Shown one piece after another: positions 55,940-64,000 of a stretch of 64,000 bases of DNA. How positions within the stretch are numbered: position 1 is the stretch's first letter; each line of letters starts with the position of its first letter. Position numbers and translations under genes: made by a program. The stretch covers positions 2,293-66,292 of the forward strand of contig CALBUI010000166.1 of NCBI GenBank assembly GCA_937968125.1, in the 5' to 3' direction. The stretch comes from an uncultured Anaerolineales bacterium. Its GTDB lineage: Bacteria > Chloroflexota > Anaerolineae > Anaerolineales > UBA4823. Below the pieces are notes generated by a model. It ran no database searches, was not told where the DNA came from, and saw only the letters and a program-made list of their open reading frames with translations.

Positions 55940-56755
55940 CTAGCGTGAATTATCTGGGCGCTGCTGCCAGGACAGGAGGCGCATCTCGACCAACACCACC
56001 AGCCCATACAGCGCCAGGGCCATGGCTACCAGGGTGAAGATGGCCACAAATACCAGCGCCGTATCGTACTGGCCGCGCCCGATATTGATCAAGAAACCCA
56101 GGCCGCGGTCCGCGCCGACAAATTCACCGACCACGGCGCCGATCACGGCCAAAGTCGCCCCAATGCGCAAACCTCCCAGGAACACTGGCATTGCGGAGGG
56201 CACCTCTAAATACTTGAAAGTTTGCCATCCGGTGGCCTGCAGCGAGCGCATTAAGTCGCGCAGCTCATCAGGCACCGATCTCAAACCAACGATGGTGTTG
56301 ATCAGGACCGGGAAAAAGACGATCAAGGCGCAGATCAACACCTTGGAAAGCAGCCCTGGACCAAACCAGATCACCAGCAGTGGGGCAATGGCCACGATGG
56401 GGATCGATTGGCTGGCGACGATATATGGCGCCAGGAACCGTTCGAAGGTCTCTGATTTTGCCAGCAGATAACCTAATGTCGAAGCTGCGGTCACCCCGAA
56501 TGCCAATCCAGCCAGCACCTCACTCAAAGTCACCGCAATGTGATAAGCCAATCGTCCTTCCAGCAAAGCGTTGGTGAAGCGTTCCCATACCAGGGTGGGA
56601 GAGGGGAGGATGAAAGCAGGAAATCCGCCATACCGGGAAACAAGATGCCACACGAGGATCGCCAGTCCGGCTGAGACTGGGACCAGGTAAACACCTCGGC
56701 TCCAAAGCCACCGGTGGGAGGCACGAGCGGTTTTACGCGTATTTGTTAAGTCCAT
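55940..56755 (-). CDS. ABC transporter permease (binding-protein-dependent transport family; RibX/ThiX-type)
   Basis: About 6 TM helices and an EAA-like loop (LRDLMRSLQATGWQTFKYLEVPSAMP). The start is set at ATG 56755. Confidence 0.8.
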   Translation of the reverse strand: MDLTNTRKTARASHRWLWSRGVYLVPVSAGLAILVWHLVSRYGGFPAFILPSPTLVWERFTNALLEGRLAYHIAVTLSEVLAGLAFGVTAASTLGYLLAKSETFERFLAPYIVASQSIPIVAIAPLLVIWFGPGLLSKVLICALIVFFPVLINTIVGLRSVPDELRDLMRSLQATGWQTFKYLEVPSAMPVFLGGLRIGATLAVIGAVVGEFVGADRGLGFLINIGRGQYDTALVFVAIFTLVAMALALYGLVVLVEMRLLSWQQRPDNSR

Positions 56756-56833
56756 ACAATTTTCTCGGGATACAAAAATACCCCGGTTGTTGTCGGGGCA
56801 GGCGGCATGATCCCAGGCTGGCATACCAGGTCA

Positions 56834-57090
56834 TAAAACAAAGCCCGAAAACTGTACAGTTTTCGGGGCATAGAACATGATAAACCGCGCCTGATCAGGC
56901 GAGATTCTACTAACCTTCTTTCATCCGGACTATACCGTCGGCCCCGGAGTTTCACCGGATCATGCGCTGGTCAGCTCATCCTTATTGGCCAGGAGAGATT
57001 GACCTCGCTCGTGGGCTTTACCACCGGTCGGGACTTACCACGCAAATTTCATCCAATTAAATTTGTGTGTTCACCCTGCCCCGAAGGTTC
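56834..57090 (-). promoter_or_regulatory. FMN riboswitch (RFN element) with intrinsic terminator expression platform
   Basis: Minus-strand RNA: ACCTTCGGGGCAGGGTGAA[38-nt hairpin insert]TAAGTCCCGACCGGTGGTAAAGCCCACGAGCG...GATCCGGTGAAACTCCGGGGCCGACGGTATAGTCCGGATGAAAGAAGGT. P1 is ACCTTC/GAAGGT. The terminator stem lies at 56843-56869 followed by TTTGTTTTA. The 5' TTCGGGGC can pair with the terminator arm GCCCCGAA, giving an anti-terminator. Confidence 0.85.
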
Positions 57091-57140
57091 TATTCATTTG
57101 TGGTAATTATAACTTGAGGGGGGTAAAAAATCAATTTATT

Positions 57141-57434
57141 CTAACGGGAGACCAGGTACAGGAGGATCAACAAAAGAATGGGAATCCCCAAACCTATTCC
57201 CAAGTTCAGCGCTCTATTATCTCGCCGCGTCAGGGCGGCGCCAGCCTTCTCAAAACTGTCCAGGCTGACCACCGCTGCGCCAATAGCACCTCCCCACAGT
57301 ATTGCAGAAAATAAGCTGAATCTTTCCTGGAGGCCTGGGAAAATGACCAGCAGTCCCCAGGCCACTGCTGCACCAGCAAAGACACCCACCCACTGCCGAC
57401 CCCACTTCTTATTACTCCGTTTGAAGGATGACAT
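57141..57434 (-). CDS. hypothetical small membrane protein (3 predicted TM helices)
   Basis: 97-aa ORF with hydrophobic segments GVFAGAAVAWGLLVIF, LFSAILWGGAIGAAVV and LGIGLGIPILLLILLYLV. Confidence 0.4.
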   Translation of the reverse strand: MSSFKRSNKKWGRQWVGVFAGAAVAWGLLVIFPGLQERFSLFSAILWGGAIGAAVVSLDSFEKAGAALTRRDNRALNLGIGLGIPILLLILLYLVSR

Positions 57435-57476
57435 ATTACGAAATTGATAACTCTAATTCAGACTAGGGATATCCCA

Positions 57477-57505
57477 TTGACATTCATTTCAATTCATGTG
57501 ATACT
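57477..57505 (+). promoter_or_regulatory. sigma-70-like promoter (TTGACA-17 nt-TGtGATACT)
   Basis: TTGACA at 57477-57482, a 17-nt spacer ending in TGT, then GATACT at 57500-57505. Confidence 0.35.
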
Positions 57506-57568
57506 TACCAGCACATGGTGGAATGACCACCCTCACCTTGCTATCCCACTGACAAGGAGGTGATGCCG

Positions 57569-57622
57569 ATGATTGATAGTACCAAACTTAGCGCTGCGGC
57601 ATCCCTCCTCCTTCGTGGATAA
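57569..57622 (+). CDS. candidate 17-aa small ORF (MIDSTKLSAAASLLLRG) with strong RBS
   Basis: AAGGAGG at 57554-57560, 8 nt before ATG 57569. An alternative ATG lies at 57563. The sORF is followed by hairpins and a terminator. Confidence 0.25.
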   Translation: MIDSTKLSAAASLLLRG

Positions 57623-57640
57623 GGAAGCCGCAGCGCGCCG

Positions 57641-57676
57641 GGAAGCCATCACAATTTGATGGCTTCCTGTGTTTTT
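57641..57676 (+). terminator. rho-independent terminator (plus-strand orientation)
   Basis: 11-bp stem GGAAGCCATCA / TGATGGCTTCC with loop CAATT, then TGTGTTTTT. It abuts the stop of the convergent hbd gene. Confidence 0.55.
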
Positions 57677-58520
57677 AATACGCATAGAATCCCTTACCAC
57701 TTTTCCTGCCTAAATATCCCGCATCGACCATCTTACGCAGCAGCGGCGCCGGACGATATTTATCCTGCCCCAGGTCGCGCTGCAGCACCTCCATGATGAA
57801 GAGCACCACATCGAGCCCAATCAAATCGCATAACGCCAACGGGCCCATTGGGTGGTTCATGCCCAACTTCATCACCTCATCGATGGCTTCTACCGTGCCT
57901 ACCCCATCCTGTAGGGTAAAGATAGCTTCATTGATCATCGGGCATAAAATCCGGTTGGAGATAAAACCCGGTGAATCATTCGCCTCCACCGGTTCCTTGC
58001 CCATTTTTCTTGCTAGCTCAACTGTTGTATCCATCGTTTGATCCGAGGTCGCCAGACCGCGAATCACCTCTACCAACCGCATCAAGGGCACCGGATTGAA
58101 AAAATGCATTCCAATCATTTTATCGGGGCGGTCTGTGACAGCTGCGATTTTGGTTAAGCTGATCGAAGAAGTGTTTGAAGCCAGGATCACCTCTGGTCGG
58201 GCAAGGCTATCTAGTTCAGCATAAATCTTTAACTTTAATTCTGGGTTCTCGGTCGCAGCTTCAATCACAAAATCGGCGCCCGGCACATTTTCAAAATTTT
58301 CTACATAAGTGATCTGATCGATCCCGACCGATTGCTGCTCATCAAGCATGCCTTTAGCTGCCAGCTTATCGACCGATTTAGCGATTGCCGCCTTGGCCAG
58401 CGCCAGCTGCTCCGGAACCACATCCATCATGGTCACCTGGTAGCCCGCCACGGCAGCTGTTTGAGCGATCCCGCTGCCCATTGTCCCCGCTCCAATCACA
58501 AATATATTGTTGATTTCCAC
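57675..58520 (-). CDS. hbd: 3-hydroxybutyryl-CoA (3-hydroxyacyl-CoA) dehydrogenase
   Basis: NAD-binding [15 protein letters not shown] and the C-terminal dimerisation domain pattern. GTG start at 58520 with RBS GGAGGAG. The track ORF extension overlaps the thiolase gene. Confidence 0.85.
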   Translation of the reverse strand: MEINNIFVIGAGTMGSGIAQTAAVAGYQVTMMDVVPEQLALAKAAIAKSVDKLAAKGMLDEQQSVGIDQITYVENFENVPGADFVIEAATENPELKLKIYAELDSLARPEVILASNTSSISLTKIAAVTDRPDKMIGMHFFNPVPLMRLVEVIRGLATSDQTMDTTVELARKMGKEPVEANDSPGFISNRILCPMINEAIFTLQDGVGTVEAIDEVMKLGMNHPMGPLALCDLIGLDVVLFIMEVLQRDLGQDKYRPAPLLRKMVDAGYLGRKSGKGFYAY

Positions 58521-58584
58521 TTTCTCTCTCCTCCGAGATTTCCCCTTCAAGCTTGTCGCACAGCAGGCATCCAGAATTTTGTGA

Positions 58585-59796
58585 TCAAGCTGGCTCCATC
58601 TCGATCGCCATCGCCACCGCTTCAGCCCCTCCCAGGCAGAGCGAGGCAATTCCTCGCTTCAATCCTCGATCTTTTAATGCATGAATCAACGTGACCAGGA
58701 TGCGAGCACCGCTGGCACCGATTGGGTGCCCCAGTGCAATCCCGCCGCCATTGACATTGACCTTCTCCCAATCCCAACCCTTATCAGCCAAGGCATAGCC
58801 GTTCGCTAAAACTTGAGCTGCGAAAGCCTCGTTGAGCTCGATCAGATCGACATCGGAGAGCTGCCAATCGATCTTCTCCATAAGCTGGGGGATGGCACGC
58901 GAGGGTGCGTCAAACAGGTACTTGGGTTCCACTGCAGTCTGGTGGTAACCAACGACGCGCGCCAGGGGTTTCACTCCCAGCTGGTCTGCCCTCGCCCGGC
59001 TGGCGACCACCACCGCGGAGGCTCCATCATTCAAGCCTGGTGCGTTGCCAGCAGTTACCTTGCCATCTTTCCTAAAGACCGGTTTTAATTTGTTAAGCGC
59101 TTCAAGGGATGTGTCCCGGCGAAAAGTCTCATCGCCATTGAAGATCGTTATCTTCCCCTTCCGCCCGGTTACCTCAACTGGAACGATTTCCGCCTTAAAT
59201 TTCCCATCGTCATGGGCCGCAGCCGCTTTTCGGTGGCTGCTCAGCGCCAATTCATCCATTGCTTCGCGGGTGACCTCGTACTCTTCGGCGATGAATTCCG
59301 CCGCATCTCCCATTCCCCAGTCTTCGAAAGCATCCCACAATCCATCTAGTAATAGCGCATCGGTCAGCTGGGCATGCCCGTAGCGTAGTTCTCCCGTTCG
59401 TCCAGGAACAAGGAAAGGCGCCCGGCTCATATTCTCCATCCCACCTGCCACATATAGATGACCATCCCCGGCTTTTACAGCCTGGGCTGCTGTCATGACC
59501 GATTTGAGCCCAGATCCACACACCTTGTTGATCGTCGTTGCCCCGACACTCGCTGGTAAGCCTCCGAAAATAGCCGCCTGTCGAGCAGGATTTTGACCCA
59601 ATCCTGCCGAGACCACATTGCCCATCAGCACCTCATCGAAATCACCATGCTCATTTACCCCGGCTCGATCTACCGCAGCTTTTACCGCAACCGCCCCCAG
59701 ACGTGGGGCCGGGATACTGCTCAAAGATCCTAGAAAGCGACCGGTGGGTGTTCGGGCGCCGCTCAGAATTACAGCTTCCTTATCTTGATTAGGCAT
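58585..59796 (-). CDS. acetyl-CoA C-acetyltransferase (thiolase II)
   Basis: 403 aa with active-site context NKVCGSGLK, and C-terminal [19 protein letters not shown] and [10 protein letters not shown] thiolase signatures. Confidence 0.9.
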   Translation of the reverse strand: MPNQDKEAVILSGARTPTGRFLGSLSSIPAPRLGAVAVKAAVDRAGVNEHGDFDEVLMGNVVSAGLGQNPARQAAIFGGLPASVGATTINKVCGSGLKSVMTAAQAVKAGDGHLYVAGGMENMSRAPFLVPGRTGELRYGHAQLTDALLLDGLWDAFEDWGMGDAAEFIAEEYEVTREAMDELALSSHRKAAAAHDDGKFKAEIVPVEVTGRKGKITIFNGDETFRRDTSLEALNKLKPVFRKDGKVTAGNAPGLNDGASAVVVASRARADQLGVKPLARVVGYHQTAVEPKYLFDAPSRAIPQLMEKIDWQLSDVDLIELNEAFAAQVLANGYALADKGWDWEKVNVNGGGIALGHPIGASGARILVTLIHALKDRGLKRGIASLCLGGAEAVAMAIEMEPA

Positions 59797-59849
59797 ACTG
59801 GTTCTCCTAGCTAATTATGCATTTTTTGATATTGTGGATCTTGAAAAGT

Positions 59850-60356
59850 TCATTCCCAGGCCTTTTTCAGCCGCTGATAAGTTTCTTCAAGCGTTTCAGG
59901 GAGCACACGTGTTTCCCCCAGAGAAGACATGAAATTCGTGTCTCCTGTCCAACGCGGGACGACATGCAAATGGACATGCTCTATGATTCCTGCGCCGGCT
60001 GCTTCACCAACGTTTACACCCATATTGAAGCCGTGGGCATTATATTCCTTACCCACCACCGTCATGATGTGTGCAGCCAATTCCATCAGTTCAGCTCGTG
60101 CCGCCGCCCCCAGGCCTTCTAAAGAGGCCTCATGTTTATAAGGCACTACCATCAGGTGGCCGCTGGTATATGGGTAGCGGTTTAAGATCACAAATGACTC
60201 CTCACCTCGATAAAGGATCAGATTTTCTGGGCCATCCGTCATACCCAAAGCTTCGCAGAACACGCACCCTTGCTCTTCTTTGTGTTTTTGAATGTATGTC
60301 ATGCGCCAGGGGGACCAGAGATATTTCATTGGATGTAGCGTAGCCGGATTTTGCAC
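59850..60356 (-). CDS. HIT (histidine triad) family protein
   Basis: HVHLHVVPRW histidine triad motif. Confidence 0.85.
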   Translation of the reverse strand: MQNPATLHPMKYLWSPWRMTYIQKHKEEQGCVFCEALGMTDGPENLILYRGEESFVILNRYPYTSGHLMVVPYKHEASLEGLGAAARAELMELAAHIMTVVGKEYNAHGFNMGVNVGEAAGAGIIEHVHLHVVPRWTGDTNFMSSLGETRVLPETLEETYQRLKKAWE

Positions 60357-60474
60357 CTCCCTCCGGGAGGGAACGTCTTTATTGTAGCAGAAAACACCAC
60401 CTCAAGGAATAGTTGACAACCCACCTGCGAAAGGGTATCCTCATACTCGGATTTCACCCAACCAAAGTCGATAA

Positions 60475-61698
60475 ATGATGCAGATGCCGATGTTCCAACC
60501 CCCTACCTGGTCGGTCACAGATCTGACGCGATTCCTGCGCGATCTACTCGAGGCTGAAGAGGATTTGCAGGATTTATGGGTGGAAGGCGAGGTATCCAAT
60601 TTATCCCGTCCCGCCTCCGGACATCTATACTTCACATTAAAGGATAGAAATGCATCCCTGCGCTGTGTGATGTGGCGCAATGCGGTCATGCAGCAGGCTT
60701 ATTTACCCAGTAATGGGGAGGCAATTGAAATCCACGGCATTATCAGCATCTACGAGGCCAGCGGGAATTACCAGCTCTATGGAGACCTGATCCGTCCCGC
60801 TGGAGAGGGGGCGCTATACCAGGAATTTCTGCGCCTGAAATCACAATTAGAAGCTGAGGGAATATTTGATCCCCAGCACAAGCAGCCGATTCCAAGTTGG
60901 CCGCGGACGATCGGGATCGTCACTTCACCCACTGGGGCAGCCTTACAAGACATGCTCGACACGATCCGGCGTCGTTTCCCACCGCTGCAGGTCGTCCTCT
61001 CACCAACCCAGGTCCAGGGGGGGCAGGCACCTCAGGGAATTATCGCAGCCTTGCAGGGTATTATCCGCAGCGCAAATCCGGATGTGATCCTGCTGGCGCG
61101 AGGCGGCGGGTCGCTGGAAGATTTGATGGCGTTTAACGACGAGCAAGTTGCTCGCGCTATCGCCAGCTCACCGGTCCCGATCATCACCGGAATCGGTCAT
61201 GAGACCGACTTCACCATCGCTGATTTTGCAGCTGACTTGCGCGCCCCGACACCGACCGCTGCGGCAGAACTTGCCACACCCGACCAGGCTGACCTGCGCC
61301 TATCCCTCGGCGAATTAGGTGGTTTTCTCCGTCAGTTGACGCTGAATATCTTAAACACACAGAGCAGGCATCTCGAGAGTCAACGGAACCGGCTAAATGT
61401 GCGCACGCCAAGCGCACAAATTCGCCGCGACCTGCAGCGCCTGGATGGTCTTTCTGCTCGTGCGGCGAGGTCGTTGTTTCACACCCTCCAAATTAATAAA
61501 ACTCGTCTGGCTGGATTGGATCTGCGCCTCAATGCATTAAGTCCACAGGCAGTCCTCGAACGTGGTTACGCTATCGTTACCCAAACCAGCGGGGAACTGG
61601 TACGTTCCACCAACCAGGTTCAACCCAGGGAGGATTTGCAGGTAAAGGTCAGCGACGGAAAATTTGACGTGACTGTAAAGGAAGCGAGCAGTGAGTAA
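60475..61698 (+). CDS. xseA: exodeoxyribonuclease VII large subunit
   Basis: N-terminal OB fold (VWVEGEVSNLSRPASGHLYFTLKD), catalytic region (IGIVTSPTGAALQD...ARGGGSLEDL) and a C-terminal coiled coil. Confidence 0.9.
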   Translation: MMQMPMFQPPTWSVTDLTRFLRDLLEAEEDLQDLWVEGEVSNLSRPASGHLYFTLKDRNASLRCVMWRNAVMQQAYLPSNGEAIEIHGIISIYEASGNYQLYGDLIRPAGEGALYQEFLRLKSQLEAEGIFDPQHKQPIPSWPRTIGIVTSPTGAALQDMLDTIRRRFPPLQVVLSPTQVQGGQAPQGIIAALQGIIRSANPDVILLARGGGSLEDLMAFNDEQVARAIASSPVPIITGIGHETDFTIADFAADLRAPTPTAAAELATPDQADLRLSLGELGGFLRQLTLNILNTQSRHLESQRNRLNVRTPSAQIRRDLQRLDGLSARAARSLFHTLQINKTRLAGLDLRLNALSPQAVLERGYAIVTQTSGELVRSTNQVQPREDLQVKVSDGKFDVTVKEASSE

Positions 61699-62221
61699 TC
61701 AAACGACGGCATCTGAGCTGGAATTTACCGTTCAGTGTGCATACTGCCGGGGGATCGTGCCCAGTGATGAAGTGGAATGTCTCCGCTGTGGCGCCCCCCT
61801 TCCAGATAATTCCTTGAGTGAAGTTGATGAAGATGAAGCCATCGAGGAATTCGTTGAGAGGATCCACGAAAAATTGATCAAAGCTGGCACCTCAGGCGCT
61901 GAGCTGGCTTTTGGTGTCGGCTGCACATTAGAGGTATTGGCTGTGGGTCTGATCATGCTGGTAGTCTTCCTGGCATTTACCAAAACTTGGACCGTCTTAG
62001 CTGTGATCCTCTTCATTTTGACCTTGATATCTGTACTGATCTCCTCCATCCTCGCCATCCGTGCCAGAGAGGCAGCCACCCGATCGACTTATGAACGGGA
62101 AGTAAAACCAGAGATCGAGCGTTTCAATGAATCCCATGGGTTGAGTGAATCTGAATTCAGAGCCCAGGCTGCAGCGATACTCCCAGAAGATTCCCCTGTG
62201 CTCCTGTATAGCTCCGGGTAA
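61691..62221 (+). CDS. hypothetical membrane protein with N-terminal zinc ribbon, inserted between xseA and xseB
   Basis: CAYCRG...CLRCG zinc ribbon and two TM helices. The GTG start overlaps the xseA stop. Confidence 0.45.
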   Translation: MSNQTTASELEFTVQCAYCRGIVPSDEVECLRCGAPLPDNSLSEVDEDEAIEEFVERIHEKLIKAGTSGAELAFGVGCTLEVLAVGLIMLVVFLAFTKTWTVLAVILFILTLISVLISSILAIRAREAATRSTYEREVKPEIERFNESHGLSESEFRAQAAAILPEDSPVLLYSSG

Positions 62222-62254
62222 AGCAGCTAATTTTTTATATTATTGGAGTCGAGT

Positions 62255-62503
62255 ATGAATCCGCCCAAAAAAACATCCGCAGAATCCACACCTATCGAGG
62301 ATTTGACCTACGAACAGGCCCTTCTCGAGCTGGAAGAGATAATTCAAAATCTGGAGACGGATGAGCATACCTTAGAAGAGACCCTGGCTATGTTCGAACG
62401 CGGTCAGAGCCTCGCCCAATACTGCACCAAGCTGCTAGAAGATGCCGAACTTAAAGTACAGGAACTATCCGGTGATAACTTGGTGGACTTTGATCCCTCG
62501 TGA
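62255..62503 (+). CDS. xseB: exodeoxyribonuclease VII small subunit
   Basis: LTYEQALLELEEIIQNLETDEHTLEETLAMFERGQSLAQYC is typical of XseB. ATG 62255 has a GGAG RBS. Confidence 0.85.
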   Translation: MNPPKKTSAESTPIEDLTYEQALLELEEIIQNLETDEHTLEETLAMFERGQSLAQYCTKLLEDAELKVQELSGDNLVDFDPS

Positions 62504-62528
62504 TCCATCAGGCTGATTTTCCCCTAGA

Positions 62529-64000
62529 TTACGCGGCTTTCCCGCGCATATATTGGCCAACTGTGCTCAGCATGTCGCGCGCCTCTTTCACTCCCATCAC
62601 TAACACCATCACGCCATAAACGCCTGCGCCAATGACTACTCCACCAATCACAACCAGCCAGATTGGTTGTGAAATGGTCTGATTCATCCAGGCGATGAGA
62701 ACTATGGACATGAGGAATGTCGCAATTGCTGCCTGGCCAAATCCAATCATCACCTTTCTCCCCTCGAGTCCATTCAGGCGGCCGCGCATCATGTATAACA
62801 AGGCGATCATTTCCAGCATCGTCGCCAATGAGTTCGCCAAAGCCAAACCCCCATGCGGCATCCATCCCAGCCGGGAAAATACCGCAATAAAGAGCACTGA
62901 AAAGACGACGTTTAGACTCATGGCTGCAACGCCGATGATGACCGGTGTCTTGGTATCATGCATGGCGTAGAAGGCGCGCACCATGATCTCAACCACAGAA
63001 TGTCCCACCAGACCAACTGCATACCAGAGCAGCGCCCAGGCCACTAATTGGGTCGATAGCTCAGTGAATTCACCTCGCTGGTATAGCAACTCAACCAGCG
63101 GCTGACGCAGGATTATCAACCCCAGCATGGCCGGAATAGAGAGCAGCATCACGCTGCGCAGGGTTGAAGCCAGGGAAGACCGCATATCATCCAGCTTGTT
63201 TTCCGCAAATTGGGCAGAGAAGGTCGGCAGGGCTGCGATGGCAATTGATTGGGCGATGATAGCTTGCGGCATCAGCATCAAGGTAAAGGCAAAATACACC
63301 GCCGATGCGCTACCCTGAGATATCCGCGAAGCTAACGAGATATTGACCCAGAAATTGAGCTGCACAAATGCCAGCCCAATCAGCCTGGGGACCATCAGCC
63401 GGCCGACTTCCCTGACCGCAGGTAATTTCAAACCCAATATCGGGAAATACTGCCCTCCCAGGCGCAACAAGGCTGGCAGCTGGATCAGCAGGTACAGCCC
63501 TGATCCGAGCAGCACCCCCCAGGCCAGGCCGTAAATCCCCATCCTTTCTGAGAGCACCAGCACGCCAAAAATCATTCCCAACTGGTACATCGCCGGGGCA
63601 AGTGCGGGTAAGAAAAATACCTGCTTGGAATTTAAGATCCCTATCGCCAACCCGCTCATCCCGAAGAGAACTGCGGATGGCAGCATCAGCCGCATCAGGT
63701 CAACAGCCAGCGCTTCTTGAGCTGGATTTGCAGCAAACCCCGGCGCCAGGATATAACGCACTATCCACGGGGCCAATATGGCTGCCAAAAGGGCCGCGAA
63801 GGTCAAGATTAATAGGATCAGGTTGGCGATGGCCGAAGCCAGCTTCCAGGCGCCGCGCTGGTCATCTTTGACCAGCAAGCTGGTAAAGGTGGGGATAAAT
63901 GCAGAGGCTAATGCTCCCCCAGCCACCAGGGTGAATAGGGTCTCTGAAACGCGGTTGGCGGCGATGAATGCATCCATATCCCCGCTGGTGCCAAAGGCAT
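62529..64000 (-). CDS. murJ: lipid II flippase MurJ (MviN), N-terminus beyond the window
   Basis: Polytopic MOP-superfamily protein. The frame stays open upstream of the tracked Met to base 64000 (..AFGTSGDMDAFIAANRVSETLF..), matching the conserved MurJ N-terminal region. Confidence 0.85.
   Translation of the reverse strand, partial: AFGTSGDMDAFIAANRVSETLFTLVAGGALASAFIPTFTSLLVKDDQRGAWKLASAIANLILLILTFAALLAAILAPWIVRYILAPGFAANPAQEALAVDLMRLMLPSAVLFGMSGLAIGILNSKQVFFLPALAPAMYQLGMIFGVLVLSERMGIYGLAWGVLLGSGLYLLIQLPALLRLGGQYFPILGLKLPAVREVGRLMVPRLIGLAFVQLNFWVNISLASRISQGSASAVYFAFTLMLMPQAIIAQSIAIAALPTFSAQFAENKLDDMRSSLASTLRSVMLLSIPAMLGLIILRQPLVELLYQRGEFTELSTQLVAWALLWYAVGLVGHSVVEIMVRAFYAMHDTKTPVIIGVAAMSLNVVFSVLFIAVFSRLGWMPHGGLALANSLATMLEMIALLYMMRGRLNGLEGRKVMIGFGQAAIATFLMSIVLIAWMNQTISQPIWLVVIGGVVIGAGVYGVMVLVMGVKEARDMLSTVGQYMRGKAA

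Noticed and set aside
56834-57090. I first read this leader as a cobalamin riboswitch, because of GGTGAAACTCC...GCCGACGGTATAGTCCGGATGAAAG. I also considered a TPP riboswitch, because the downstream binding protein is NMT1/THI5-like.
   Set aside because: The 5' half carries TTCGGGGCAGGGTGAA and CCCGACCGGTGGTAAAGCCCACGAGCG. There is no B12 box (..GCCACTG/AGYCMGGAGACCKGCC) and no TPP CTGAGA/ACCTGATCTGGATAATGCCAGCG core. The whole pattern with P1 ACCTTC/GAAGGT is the RFN (FMN) element.

Overview
This 64-kb bacterial chromosomal window has gene content and repeat types that suggest Chloroflexota, perhaps Anaerolineae-like. That taxonomic guess is inference only, because no database search was possible. 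All coordinates and motif counts were derived by hand from the sequence and ORF track.

Left arm (1-17.8 kb):
- a truncated SAM methyltransferase
- a di-haem cytochrome c peroxidase broken by a single in-frame TAA
- a secreted beta-helix protein
- a 2039-aa thioester-type alpha-2-macroglobulin
- a CBS protein
- a 1273-aa secreted glycosidase-like protein ending in three exact-length 173-aa repeats joined by Pro/Thr linkers
- an S9 peptidase, a pirin and a TfoX-like protein

Centre (18.4-52.7 kb), a dense respiratory cytochrome island:
- a complete System I cytochrome c maturation cluster: ccmE (Cys-type CxxxY variant), ccmF, ccmH, ccmG, a CcmI-like zinc-ribbon protein, an embedded di-haem cytochrome, ccmA-B-C, an untracked ccmD, and a YHS protein
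- two NarL-type two-component systems, one kinase carrying two periplasmic CxxCH sites
- a NapC/NirT-like membrane multihaem protein
- a Rieske/cytochrome b complex whose subunit IV is fused to seven cytochrome c domains
- an ACIII/Qrc-like complex with split ActB and no ActF
- five lipoprotein multihaem cytochromes (8, 5, 3, 6 and 10 CxxCH)

I count about 57 CxxCH motifs in 11 proteins across this island.

The most unusual signal concerns four of the five lipoprotein cytochromes. Three carry 10-13 uninterrupted Gly-X-Y collagen-like triplets right after the lipobox Cys. A fourth has a Cys-Pro hinge-like repeat at the same place. Three of these four share TGGGT/ACCCA upstream motifs, and two of those also share a conserved leader with a palindrome (the pentahaem gene shows neither).

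Right arm:
- REP-like hairpin repeats
- an FMN (RFN) riboswitch with terminator in front of a RibXY-type ABC transporter
- a promoter-sORF-terminator unit
- hbd and thiolase, a HIT protein, xseA, an inserted zinc-ribbon membrane protein, xseB, and a partial murJ

No rRNA, tRNA, CRISPR array, transposase or integrase was recognised.
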